Positions 43,713 to 54,363 of a stretch of 64,000 bases of DNA are shown piece after piece; the stretch's first letter is position 1; each line of letters starts with the position of its first letter. The notes beneath the pieces are model-generated. The model ran no database searches. It saw nothing but the letters and a program-made list of their open reading frames with translations, and was not told the DNA's origin. Source of the DNA: Armatimonadota bacterium (GTDB taxonomy: Bacteria; Armatimonadota; SYMT01); assembly GCA_041690135.1 (NCBI GenBank), contig JAWLHY010000007.1, positions 359,261-423,260 of the forward strand, in the 5' to 3' direction. Made by a program: the position numbers and the translations under genes.

Positions 43713-44996
43713 TTAGCGGCGAAGAGATTCGAGGCGCTCCCAGTAATCCGGGAAAGTCTTGGCGGTGCAGGCGGGGTCGGCGATCGAGACGCCGGGAGCC
43801 TGGAGGCCCACGAGGGCGAAGGCCATCGCCATCCGGTGGTCGTGGTAGGTCTGGACGACGGCGGGAGTGACCGGGCGCGGCGTGATCCGGAGCCCGTCGG
43901 GGAACTCCTCGACCTCCTGACCGAGGCGTCGCAACTCGGTGGCGGAAGCCGAGATCCGGTCGCACTCCTGGAGCCGGCTGTGTTCCACGTTCCGTACTTC
44001 CAATGTCCCCTCCACGAACGGCCCCAGGGCATAGAGGGTCTGGGCCATGTCGGAGAAGGCGTTGGCGTCGATCGTGATGCCGTACAGCTTCTCCGGCCCC
44101 TGGACCTCTATAGATGAGTGGGTGCGGGTGACCGAACAGCCCATCTCTTCGAGTGCATCCAGGAAGCGGAGGTCGCCCTGGGCGCTTTCGGTCCCCAGGT
44201 TCTCCACGCGCACCCTTCCGCCGGTGAGCGCGGCCGCGGCGAAGAAGTAGGAGGCGTTGGAGGCGTCCGGCTCCACGAAGTACTCCCGAGCGGTGTAGCG
44301 CTGACCACCGGGCACGTGCATCCGGGTGTACTCGGCATCGTGCTCCATCGTCGCGCCGAATGCCGCCATCACGGAAGCGGTCATGTTGATGTAGGGTTTG
44401 GAGACCATCTCCCCCTGCACGTGTAGGGTCAGGCCGTCACGGGTGAGCGGCCCCACCTGCAGTAGTGCACTGAAGTACTGGCTGCTCTGGTTACCGGGCA
44501 TCCACACTTCACCGCCCGCCAGTCCCTCCGCCTCCACCACTACGGGCGGGCAGCCGGTATCGTGCTGCGAGTACGCGTTCACCCCGAGGGCGCGCAAGGC
44601 GTCCAGCAGCGGCTGGATGGGGCGCTGCCGCATGCGTGGGATCCCATCGATGACGTAGCGGCCTTGCCCCAGCGCGACCATGGCGGTCAAGAAACGGGTG
44701 GCGGTCCCGGCGTTGCCGATGAACAGCTCCGCCGTTTCCGCGGGGATCCGGCCACCCTCTCCCCAGATCTCAAAGCGAGCGTCCGCCGCGTCTTCCTCCA
44801 CCCGGATTCCCAGGCGCCGGAGCGAGTCGGCCATGCGGTCGGTATCGTCGGAGAAGAGCGCACCCCGCAGAACGGAGTGCCCCTCCGCCAGGGCCGCAAT
44901 GGCGAGGGCACGGTTGGTGTAGCTCTTGGAGCCCGGGACGGCGACCATGGCGTCTACAGGTCGCGTGAGGGGTTGGATTGGCAGTGGGTCTTGCAT
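43713..44996 (-). CDS. aroA: 3-phosphoshikimate 1-carboxyvinyltransferase (EPSP synthase)
   Basis: PGSKSYTNRAL, GNAGTATRF, SSQYFSALL, RLQECDRI and DHRMAMAF. Confidence 0.96.
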   Translation of the reverse strand: MQDPLPIQPLTRPVDAMVAVPGSKSYTNRALAIAALAEGHSVLRGALFSDDTDRMADSLRRLGIRVEEDAADARFEIWGEGGRIPAETAELFIGNAGTATRFLTAMVALGQGRYVIDGIPRMRQRPIQPLLDALRALGVNAYSQHDTGCPPVVVEAEGLAGGEVWMPGNQSSQYFSALLQVGPLTRDGLTLHVQGEMVSKPYINMTASVMAAFGATMEHDAEYTRMHVPGGQRYTAREYFVEPDASNASYFFAAAALTGGRVRVENLGTESAQGDLRFLDALEEMGCSVTRTHSSIEVQGPEKLYGITIDANAFSDMAQTLYALGPFVEGTLEVRNVEHSRLQECDRISASATELRRLGQEVEEFPDGLRITPRPVTPAVVQTYHDHRMAMAFALVGLQAPGVSIADPACTAKTFPDYWERLESLRR

Positions 44997-45138
44997 GACG
45001 AGGGAATTCTCTCACTACAGACGCCTGGAGACACGGTTTCCTGTTGAGACTCGCTGGGGTGCAAGAAGGTGCGGTTGCCGGTTCCCGCCTAACTGCTGGA
45101 CGTAGTTCTCCATCTGCGATCCGGTCGGAACCCCTAAC

Positions 45139-46904
<1,766 letters not shown>

Positions 46905-46908
<4 letters not shown>

Positions 46909-48131
46909 GTCGGTCCCCTGTCGGTAACGAGCCGTTCTTTACATCGAGATTGTTTGATGACCCGTATCCGCACTACCGCCGCCTGCGGCAAGAGGCTCCC
47001 GTCTACTACGACCGGGCCAGCGGCGAGGTGGTCCTGACCCGCTACGCGGACGTGGTGACCGCCCTGCGCCATCCCAGGCTCTCTTCCCGGCGAGTGGCGG
47101 AGGCCGGGCTGCCCCTGCCGCCGCCGCTTCTCTGGCTGATGCGGCCCGTGAGCCGGGTCCTCTCCCAGCAGATGCTCTTCTCCGATCCACCGGACCACAC
47201 CCGCCTGCGGTCGCTGGCGAACAAGGGCTTCACGCCGCGGGTCGTCGAGACGATGCGTCCGCGCGTGGAAGCGCTGGCGGAGGAGCTTCTGGACGGGGTG
47301 CGGGATCGGCCGATGCTGGATGTGGTGAACGACTACGCCGTGTGGCTGCCGATCCTGGTGATCGCGGAGATGCTCGGCGTCCCCGCGGCGGATCGGCGAC
47401 GGTTCAAAACCTGGTCGGACGACCTGGCGCTCTTCATCGGCGGCACCACGCTTCCCTTGCCGGTGGTGCTGGCGCGGGCCGCGCGGGGCGTCACGCAGTT
47501 CCGGCGCTACTTCCGCGCCCTGATCCGCAAGCGCCGCCGGGGAGAACCAGGTGACGATCTGCTGGGGGCCTTGTTGGCCGCCGAAGAACAGGGGGACAAG
47601 CTCACCGAGGACGAACTCCTCGCCAACGCGATGCTGCTCCTGGCCGCCGGCCACGAAACCACGACCAACCTCATCGGTAATGGGGTGTACGCGCTGCTGC
47701 GGCATCCCGATCAACTCGAGCACCTACGGCGGGAATCCGGCTTGATGGAAAGCGCCGTAGAGGAGTTGCTGCGCTACGATAGTCCCGTCCAGTGGACCGG
47801 CCGGGTCACCCTGGAAGACGTGGAGATTGGCGGTCACCGTATTCGCACCGGACAGACAGTAGCCATCGGCCTCGCCGCCGCGAACCGCGACCCCGCCCAG
47901 TTCGAGGAACCCGACCGTCTCGACCTGGGGCGGCGTCCCAACCCGCACGTCGCCTTCAGCCACGGTATCCACTATTCCATCGGGGCGGCGCTCGCCCGCC
48001 TGGAAGGGCAGGTCGCCCTGGCCACACTCCTCCGGCACTACCCGCGCATCCGCATGGCGGAACAGCCAGTGCAGTGGCACGCCAACTTCACCCTCCGTGG
48101 CCTGAAATCCCTGCGCGTGGACACGCCTTAA
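46905..48131 (+). CDS. Cytochrome P450 with Ser in place of the heme-ligating Cys
   Basis: DPPDHTRLR, I-helix AAGHETT and K-helix EELLR are present. The heme loop reads AFSHGIHYSIG (codon TCC at 47976-47978). Confidence 0.9.
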
Positions 48132-48325
48132 CCCGGCTCCAGTCTTCGAAGCCCTCAACGGTCGGCAGTTCGGCAGGCAGTGTCGGATGTCGCTCGCGAG
48201 GTCACATCCCATGCCTGCGCGACGAGATTGCGTTAGTACGTGCTTCCCGCCGGGTAAAGGAGCCGCGCTCCTCAAAGCCCTGGGCCGTCCCTCGGAACAG
48301 GATCTCCAACCGTGCGGGAAGTGCC

Positions 48326-49414
48326 ATGCCACTGCTTTCACGACGGGACCTTTTGTGCGGGGCCGCGTTCTCCGCCGGATCCTGCTGCTTCTTCATTCCG
48401 GAAGCCGCCGCCCGGAGAAAGCTTGCCTTCCCCGGCGTCAGTTGGACCGAGCAGTCACCCCAGGAACTTGGGCTCGATCCTGCCCCCCTCGCCGCATTGG
48501 GCTCGCTGGTGGGCGGGAGCGGGTGCTTGGTCCGAAAAGGATACCTCGTGTACGAGTGGGGGGACACCTACGCGCATGGCGACATCTTTTCGGCCGCAAA
48601 GCCCGTGATCAGTTCACTTCTGCTTCTTGCCGTACAGGAGCGGAAGCTGCCGAGCGTGGATAGCCGGGTGGCGGACGTGGTGCCGGCGCTGTCCACCCTC
48701 AATGGGGGCAAAGATCGGGCGATGACCTGGCGGCATCTCGCCTCCATGACCTCCGGCTACGGTCTTTCCGAGCCTCCGGGTGCGGCGTTCGCCTACAACG
48801 ATTACGCGATTGCTCTCTTCTACGAGGCCCTGATAAGCGGAGTGTTCGGCGAAGACGGCAACTCCGTGTTGCATACCCGCCTAACCGGGCCGCTGCAGTT
48901 CGAACGGCCGTGTCACTTCGGGGTCGCCGGCGCCGGGCGTCCGGGACGCTTGGCGGTCTGCGTACGTGATTTCGCCCGCTTTGGTCTGCTGTTTCTCAAC
49001 CGCGGCAACTGGAATGGTCGCCGGATCCTGGGTGCCCAACCCTCCCGAACGGCGTTCCCAAGACCAGTCCCCGCCCGCCTGCGGATGACCGCCGGACAGC
49101 CGGCGGACATGCTGCCGGACCAAAGGAGCTTCGGGGGAGAGAAGGATCAGACGGAGGTCGGGCCCGGATGGTATGCGTTCAACTGGTGGGTCAACGGCCG
49201 CGACCGTCACGGTCGCCGCCCAATGCCCACGCTACCGTCGAGTTGCTATGCAGCCAGCGGCCTCTGGGGGCGGGATATCCTCCTGATACTCCCTCCGTAC
49301 CGGATGGTGGTCTGCTGGTCCGGGTCCGGAATCCGGGACCAACTGGACGCCGCGGCTAACCCGCAGGCGGATTTCGCGCGAGCCCTCACGCTGATCCGGC
49401 AGTCTATCAGATGA
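48326..49414 (+). CDS. Tat-exported serine hydrolase (beta-lactamase class C-like)
   Basis: Tat signal SRRDLL, SxxK (FSAAKP), HLASMTSG, FAYND and DFARFGLLFLNRGNWNG. Confidence 0.8.
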   Translation: MPLLSRRDLLCGAAFSAGSCCFFIPEAAARRKLAFPGVSWTEQSPQELGLDPAPLAALGSLVGGSGCLVRKGYLVYEWGDTYAHGDIFSAAKPVISSLLLLAVQERKLPSVDSRVADVVPALSTLNGGKDRAMTWRHLASMTSGYGLSEPPGAAFAYNDYAIALFYEALISGVFGEDGNSVLHTRLTGPLQFERPCHFGVAGAGRPGRLAVCVRDFARFGLLFLNRGNWNGRRILGAQPSRTAFPRPVPARLRMTAGQPADMLPDQRSFGGEKDQTEVGPGWYAFNWWVNGRDRHGRRPMPTLPSSCYAASGLWGRDILLILPPYRMVVCWSGSGIRDQLDAAANPQADFARALTLIRQSIR

Positions 49415-49552
49415 TAGGCTGCTCGTTTGAATGTGACCGTATCCGAAACCTGCCCCGCCGGGCGATGGAGCCCACATCCGTGCACAAAGGATCCTCTGGC
49501 GTCATTACGAACCCTCCGACCGTCTCCAGGTTGGTAAGCAGAGGTGTGGGCT

Positions 49553-49755
49553 CCTGGTAACCACCCGCCCTCCCTCGGAGGGTAAACCTACGTCCAAGTT
49601 GCCCTCCGGGCGCTCGGATCCCAGTGGCCGGACTTGGTGTGTATGCCGCAGACAAGGCTCCGCTCCGCGGCAGGGTTCGGCGCTTGGTGACCAAACCCAG
49701 ATGCCAGCACTCGGGAGCCCCCGGGCGTCTCCTTCGTAGCCAGGCGGTTACCAGG
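49553..49755. other. ~200-nt structured intergenic element (ncRNA or REPIN-like)
   Basis: Closing helix cctggtaaccacc / ggcggttaccagg with several internal hairpins. Shares words with 27890-28064. Confidence 0.4.
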
Positions 49756-50025
49756 GCGGCGATTGCAGCACGTGAGATCTCACAAGTTCGTAGGCTCCCC
49801 ACGCGCGAGTACCAAATCGGAGTCGCTCGCGCCGCCCATCGCCTGGCGGGGCGTGGGCATGGGGCGGCTCGGTATAGTAGTACGCACCAAGCGCCGTGGC
49901 AGATGACCTTGCGTACTTCTGTCCAGGCCGTCACGTTTCTTGGCCCGTGGAGACCGAGGCGGCTTATCGTGAACTCTCATTGGCCGACTGCACGTCTCTT
50001 ACGCATCACGCATCACGAAAGCGCA

Positions 50026-51189
50026 TCACCCAAAGAACGGTACCAACTGCTCCTCCCCAATCTCCTGGCCGAAGCCGGGAGCATCGCTCGGCACGAGCCA
50101 GCCCTCTTCCGCGATCGCCTGGCCGGGGAGCCAGCGGCTCTCGGTGACCGGCACACCCGGAGCGGTGCCGACGAAGGTCTCCAGCCACTGCATCCCCGGC
50201 ATGGCGTAGGTGAAGTGCTGTCCGTAGGGAGTATTGCCGCCCGCGTGGAGGATCACCTTGAGCCCCGCCGCTTCCGCCGCGGCCACGATCTTGAGACATG
50301 CGGTGATGCCGCCGCACCAGGCGATGTCGGGCTGCAGAATGTCGGCGACCCGGTGGGCGGCCGCCCACTGGAAGGGAACCGGCGTGTACCAGTGCTCGCC
50401 CGTTGCCAGGGTTTGCCAGGGCAGGCGCTGGCGCAGCTCCACGTGACTGTCGAAATCTTCCGGGATGAGCGTTTCTTCCATCCACCGCAGCCGGTAGGGG
50501 CGCAGCCGTTCCGCCAGCCGCACCGTATACTCCACGTCGAACGCCATCCAGCAGTCGAGCATCAGCTCGCAATCGTCACCGATCTGCTCGCGGGTGGCGG
50601 CGACGAGGGCTTCGTTCTTCTTGAGCCCGTCCAGCCCGTCGGCGGGACCGTAGGGGCAGGCGAGTTTGAAGGCCCGGTAGCCCAGTTCCTGGTACCAATC
50701 CACGTCGTTGCCCGTGGCGTAGCAGAACTGCTTCTCCCGCGAGGGGCCTCCCAGCAGGCTGTAGACCGGCTGATTCAGTAGTTTCCCCTTGAGGTCCCAC
50801 AGAGCCAGGTCCACCGCGCTGACCGCGTAGCTCGCAAGCCCGGTGGAGCCGTAGGGCTTCGTGAGCCGGAACATCATGTCGTAGAGGCGGTCGATGGCGA
50901 GGCAGTCTTCTCCCACCAGGTTTGGGGCCAGGTGGTCGTCGATCACGGCTGCCACGGGCCGCCCGTGGGAAGTGAGCCCCAGGCCCCAGGTCCCGTCCTC
51001 GGCGGTGACCTTACAGCCGACCATTTCCCACTTCGGCAGCCACAGCGACCGGTGGCGCTTCACCTTCGGGTAGCGGCTCATCGGGTTGGCGACCTCGGCG
51101 TCCACCGCCCAGCCGGCCCGGCGCGGCACCGCGGTGGAGGGCCTCTCCGGCAGCACCAGCCGCACCGCTTCGATCCGCGCGATCTTCAT
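50026..51189 (-). CDS. Enolase-superfamily acid-sugar dehydratase (L-rhamnonate dehydratase-like)
   Basis: VANPMSRYP, SAVDLALWDL, LMLDCWM, WMEE, TGEH and LQPD. Start at 51189 or 51276. Confidence 0.85.
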   Translation of the reverse strand: MKIARIEAVRLVLPERPSTAVPRRAGWAVDAEVANPMSRYPKVKRHRSLWLPKWEMVGCKVTAEDGTWGLGLTSHGRPVAAVIDDHLAPNLVGEDCLAIDRLYDMMFRLTKPYGSTGLASYAVSAVDLALWDLKGKLLNQPVYSLLGGPSREKQFCYATGNDVDWYQELGYRAFKLACPYGPADGLDGLKKNEALVAATREQIGDDCELMLDCWMAFDVEYTVRLAERLRPYRLRWMEETLIPEDFDSHVELRQRLPWQTLATGEHWYTPVPFQWAAAHRVADILQPDIAWCGGITACLKIVAAAEAAGLKVILHAGGNTPYGQHFTYAMPGMQWLETFVGTAPGVPVTESRWLPGQAIAEEGWLVPSDAPGFGQEIGEEQLVPFFG

Positions 51190-51457
51190 CCCGCTGTTTG
51201 GGCCGCCGCTGGCCCGCTCGAACCCACCGCCGGTGTGCACCCCGGGATAACCGCCGCCACTCGCATCCACGCTCATCGTGTTCCGTCCTGTTCCGCTCTG
51301 AAAGGATCTCTGAACTTCCTGTTTAACGTTAGGTGGCTTGTCTCCCTTCCACCTGTAAAGGGAAAACCGGGCTGATCCGGCGAACAGCTTCCTTGGCAGT
51401 TGCGATCGCTTACTGGTCTCGCGGCAGCGAGGGCGAAGCGAAACTCGGGAGAAGCTC

Positions 51458-52894
51458 ATGTCGGATCTGCTGGATGGTGAAACCGTCGAGATGAAGGGCT
51501 CGGGCGCGAAGCCCTATGTTCTCAAGAACACGGGCGGGGTCTACTCGTGCTCTTGCCCGGCGTGGCGCAACCAGTCGATCGCCATCGAGAAGCGGACCTG
51601 CAAGCACCTCCGGAAGTTGCGTGGCGACGCAGCGGAGGAAGCCCGCGTGGGTGCGGACGTCGCCCCGGCACGGGCGCCGCAGGAAGCCGCCGAAGGAGGG
51701 GAGACCGCCGGGCCGCCGCTGCTGCTGGCGGAGCGGTGGGACAACGCCGCGGACCTCTCCGGCTGGTGGATGAGCGAGAAACTGGACGGCGTGCGGGCCT
51801 ACTGGGACGGCAAGCAGTTCGTCTCGCGGCTCGGGAACCTGTTCCTGGCGCCGGACTGGTTCCTGGAAGGGTTTCCAGAGATCCCGCTGGATGGCGAGCT
51901 CTGGATCGACCGGAAACGGTTCCAGCGGACCGTGAGCATCGTCCGGCGGCAGGACCGCAGCGATCTCTGGAGCGAGGTGCGGTTCGTCGTCTTCGATGCG
52001 CCCGCGTGTGGCGGACCGTTCGAGACGCGGATGGAGTTCCTGGCGGACGCCTTCGCCTCGCGCCCTCCGACCTTTGCGCGCGTCCACGAACATGCGCGCT
52101 GCACCGGAATGGAGCACCTGCGCGAGGAGTTGGCGCGGGTCGAGGGACTTGGAGGTGAGGGCTTGATGCTCCGGCAGCCCGAGTCGCCTTACGAGATCGG
52201 CCGTTCCTGGACTTTACTCAAGGTGAAGAGCTTCCAGGACGCCGAAGCGGTGGTGATCGGTCACCAACCCGGGGCGGGCCGGCACAAGGGGCGTCTCGGG
52301 GCGCTGCTGGTCCAGTTGGCGGACGGTACGCGATTTTCCGTGGGTACTGGGTTTTCGGATGCGGAACGGGGCGCGCCGCCTCCCGTGGGCAGCACCATTA
52401 CCTTCCGCTACCAGGAGCTCTCCGAGGGTGGGGTGCCCCGCTTCCCCTCCTACGTGGGCGTGCGCCGCGACCTCGCACCACTCCCAACCCCCACTGCCCC
52501 GACCGTGGAAGCACCGGCATCTCCCGCCGTCTCAATCCCTTCGGGCCTCGGTACGCAACAGTTGGCGAGCACCTCCACTCCTGTAGCGGCTTCCCATCCT
52601 CACTCCCACACCCCCATTCCTCCCCACTCCCATACTCCCTCACTCCCACACCCTCCCACGCCCCCTCCCCCCTCCACCGGGCTGACCTTTCGTCACTTCA
52701 CCTTTATCGGCGGCACGTCGAACAAGTTCTGGGAGATCGGGGTGGACGGCACGGAGGTCACGGTGCGCTATGGCCGGATCGGAACCGCAGGGCAGAGCAA
52801 GACGAAGAGCTTCTCCGACTCCACAGCGGCGGTCCGCCACGCCGAGAAGCTGATCGCCGAAAAGACCCGTGAGGGCTACCAGGAGATGGCCTGA
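51458..52894 (+). CDS. ATP-dependent DNA ligase with N-terminal SWIM finger and C-terminal WGR domain
   Basis: YSCSCPAW...TCKH, motif I SEKLDG, DGEL, EGLMLR, LLKVK, OB domain VGTGFSD, and WGR SNKFWEI...VRYGRIG...EKTREGY. Confidence 0.9.
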   Translation: MSDLLDGETVEMKGSGAKPYVLKNTGGVYSCSCPAWRNQSIAIEKRTCKHLRKLRGDAAEEARVGADVAPARAPQEAAEGGETAGPPLLLAERWDNAADLSGWWMSEKLDGVRAYWDGKQFVSRLGNLFLAPDWFLEGFPEIPLDGELWIDRKRFQRTVSIVRRQDRSDLWSEVRFVVFDAPACGGPFETRMEFLADAFASRPPTFARVHEHARCTGMEHLREELARVEGLGGEGLMLRQPESPYEIGRSWTLLKVKSFQDAEAVVIGHQPGAGRHKGRLGALLVQLADGTRFSVGTGFSDAERGAPPPVGSTITFRYQELSEGGVPRFPSYVGVRRDLAPLPTPTAPTVEAPASPAVSIPSGLGTQQLASTSTPVAASHPHSHTPIPPHSHTPSLPHPPTPPPPSTGLTFRHFTFIGGTSNKFWEIGVDGTEVTVRYGRIGTAGQSKTKSFSDSTAAVRHAEKLIAEKTREGYQEMA

Positions 52895-52902
52895 TACTCG
52901 GA

Positions 52903-53367
52903 CTAAGGGTTGGGCGGAGGCGTGGGCACGGCCATGGCTCCTACAACGATCGGGTGGCGGATGCCCCAACGCAGAGCAAAGCCATAGAACGGCTCCCGAT
53001 CCCACAGTGCCCACTCTTTCCAGCGGGCTCCCTGTGCCGCGGCCCCCACGCCGGGAATCAGCGCAAAGAAAGCCGCCAGTGCGCCGCACTGCCAGAGCAG
53101 CGACCGCCGCATCGCGCGCATACCGACCGGGCAGTTGCGGGTGAGAACGGTCCCATCCCGGCGACGGTAGAAGCGGACGCAGAGCTTCCCTTCCTTCTCC
53201 CGGACGAGGTTTTCGACCTCGGTCTCGGTCAGGGCGGAGAGGTTGTAGACGTTCTGGCCGCAGGCGGTGCAGAACCGGCAGCGGTCATCTCCCTCCATGG
53301 CGTCCCAGGACTGGCTGCATGGGGACGCGACGCGGATACTGCGAACCAATTCGGTCTGGGCGGGCAT
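52903..53367 (-). CDS. Cys-rich hypothetical membrane-anchored protein
   Basis: SPCSQSWDAM...RFCTACGQNVYNLS...LCVRFYRRRDGT...C followed by a TM segment. AGGAGG RBS. Confidence 0.75.
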   Translation of the reverse strand: MPAQTELVRSIRVASPCSQSWDAMEGDDRCRFCTACGQNVYNLSALTETEVENLVREKEGKLCVRFYRRRDGTVLTRNCPVGMRAMRRSLLWQCGALAAFFALIPGVGAAAQGARWKEWALWDREPFYGFALRWGIRHPIVVGAMAVPTPPPNP

Positions 53368-53635
53368 GGGGTCACCTCCTGGGGTGAGTTGACACAATTA
53401 CCCGTTAAGTTGCGTGCCATACCCAAAGGGTTCGTTCAACCACTACCTCGAATAGAAGAACGACGGAATGGGTAGGAAATGGGCGCCCACATGCTGGTGT
53501 GGGAGCGGTCCATATTCTCAACCCATCTATAGTTCCGCAGCCGACGCAGGTCGGCTTCGCTGTTTGTAGGCGCGAGTTTACTCGCCCAGCCGCACGTGGT
53601 CGGCGGCTTAGGTCGCTCCAGTTCAACGTTTAAGG

Positions 53636-54190
53636 TCAGGTCGAGAGCAGTGGCGGGCCACTGATCGGGGTGGGGGTGGTTTCCAGGTGGTGCTTGCCAT
53701 AGCTCAGGTAGAGCGTACCGCCGCTGATGGTGAGACTCCATACGATGGTGCGGTCGAGTTGTTCCACCAGTTGGTCCACGAAGCGGTGGTCGATCGAGGC
53801 GATGGTAATGTTTTCGTGCCCCGAGAGTTGGGGGAGGGCCTCCGTGTGCCAGTCGGTGACGCGACGCCCGTAGGCCAGCAGCACGACCCGTTCACAATAG
53901 CGCGCCGCTTTCGTCAGGCGTTTGGGATCGGGTAACCCCACTTCGATCCAGACTTTCACCCGCCCATCCAGCTCCCGGACCCACACGTCGGGCTCATCGC
54001 CGGAGCCCACACCTCCGGTGAACTCGATGTCCCGCTCGTAGCAGAGACAGTAGGCAAGGAGCCGTGCGACGAGACGCTGCGCCGTTTCGCTGTCGGCGCG
54101 CGCCACGCTCATCTGGATTTCTTCGTAAACCTGCCGGTCGGTATCGCTCAGCTCGATGCTGACGCGATGAATCGTCGATCTCTGGGCCAT
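53636..54190 (-). CDS. yaeQ: YaeQ family protein
   Basis: LSDTDRQVY, SETAQRLVARLLAY, DEPDVW and WIEVGLPD. Confidence 0.88.
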   Translation of the reverse strand: MAQRSTIHRVSIELSDTDRQVYEEIQMSVARADSETAQRLVARLLAYCLCYERDIEFTGGVGSGDEPDVWVRELDGRVKVWIEVGLPDPKRLTKAARYCERVVLLAYGRRVTDWHTEALPQLSGHENITIASIDHRFVDQLVEQLDRTIVWSLTISGGTLYLSYGKHHLETTPTPISGPPLLST

Positions 54191-54363
54191 ATTCCCTGCT
54201 CCTGCCTAACCAGCGCCAATCCCAGTCCTAATCCTAATCCGTTTCCTGATCGGCGACGCGGAATTCCAACGGAAGCCCAACCGCCCGCCGGATGTATGGG
54301 CGGTCCGCTTGTCGTAAACTCTAATGGGACACGAGTCTCAGTCAACGGAGACGGAAACGCAGT

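Noticed and set aside
47792-48325. Long N-terminal extension of the serine hydrolase
   Set aside because: It overlaps the P450 in another frame. The Tat signal marks the start at 48326.
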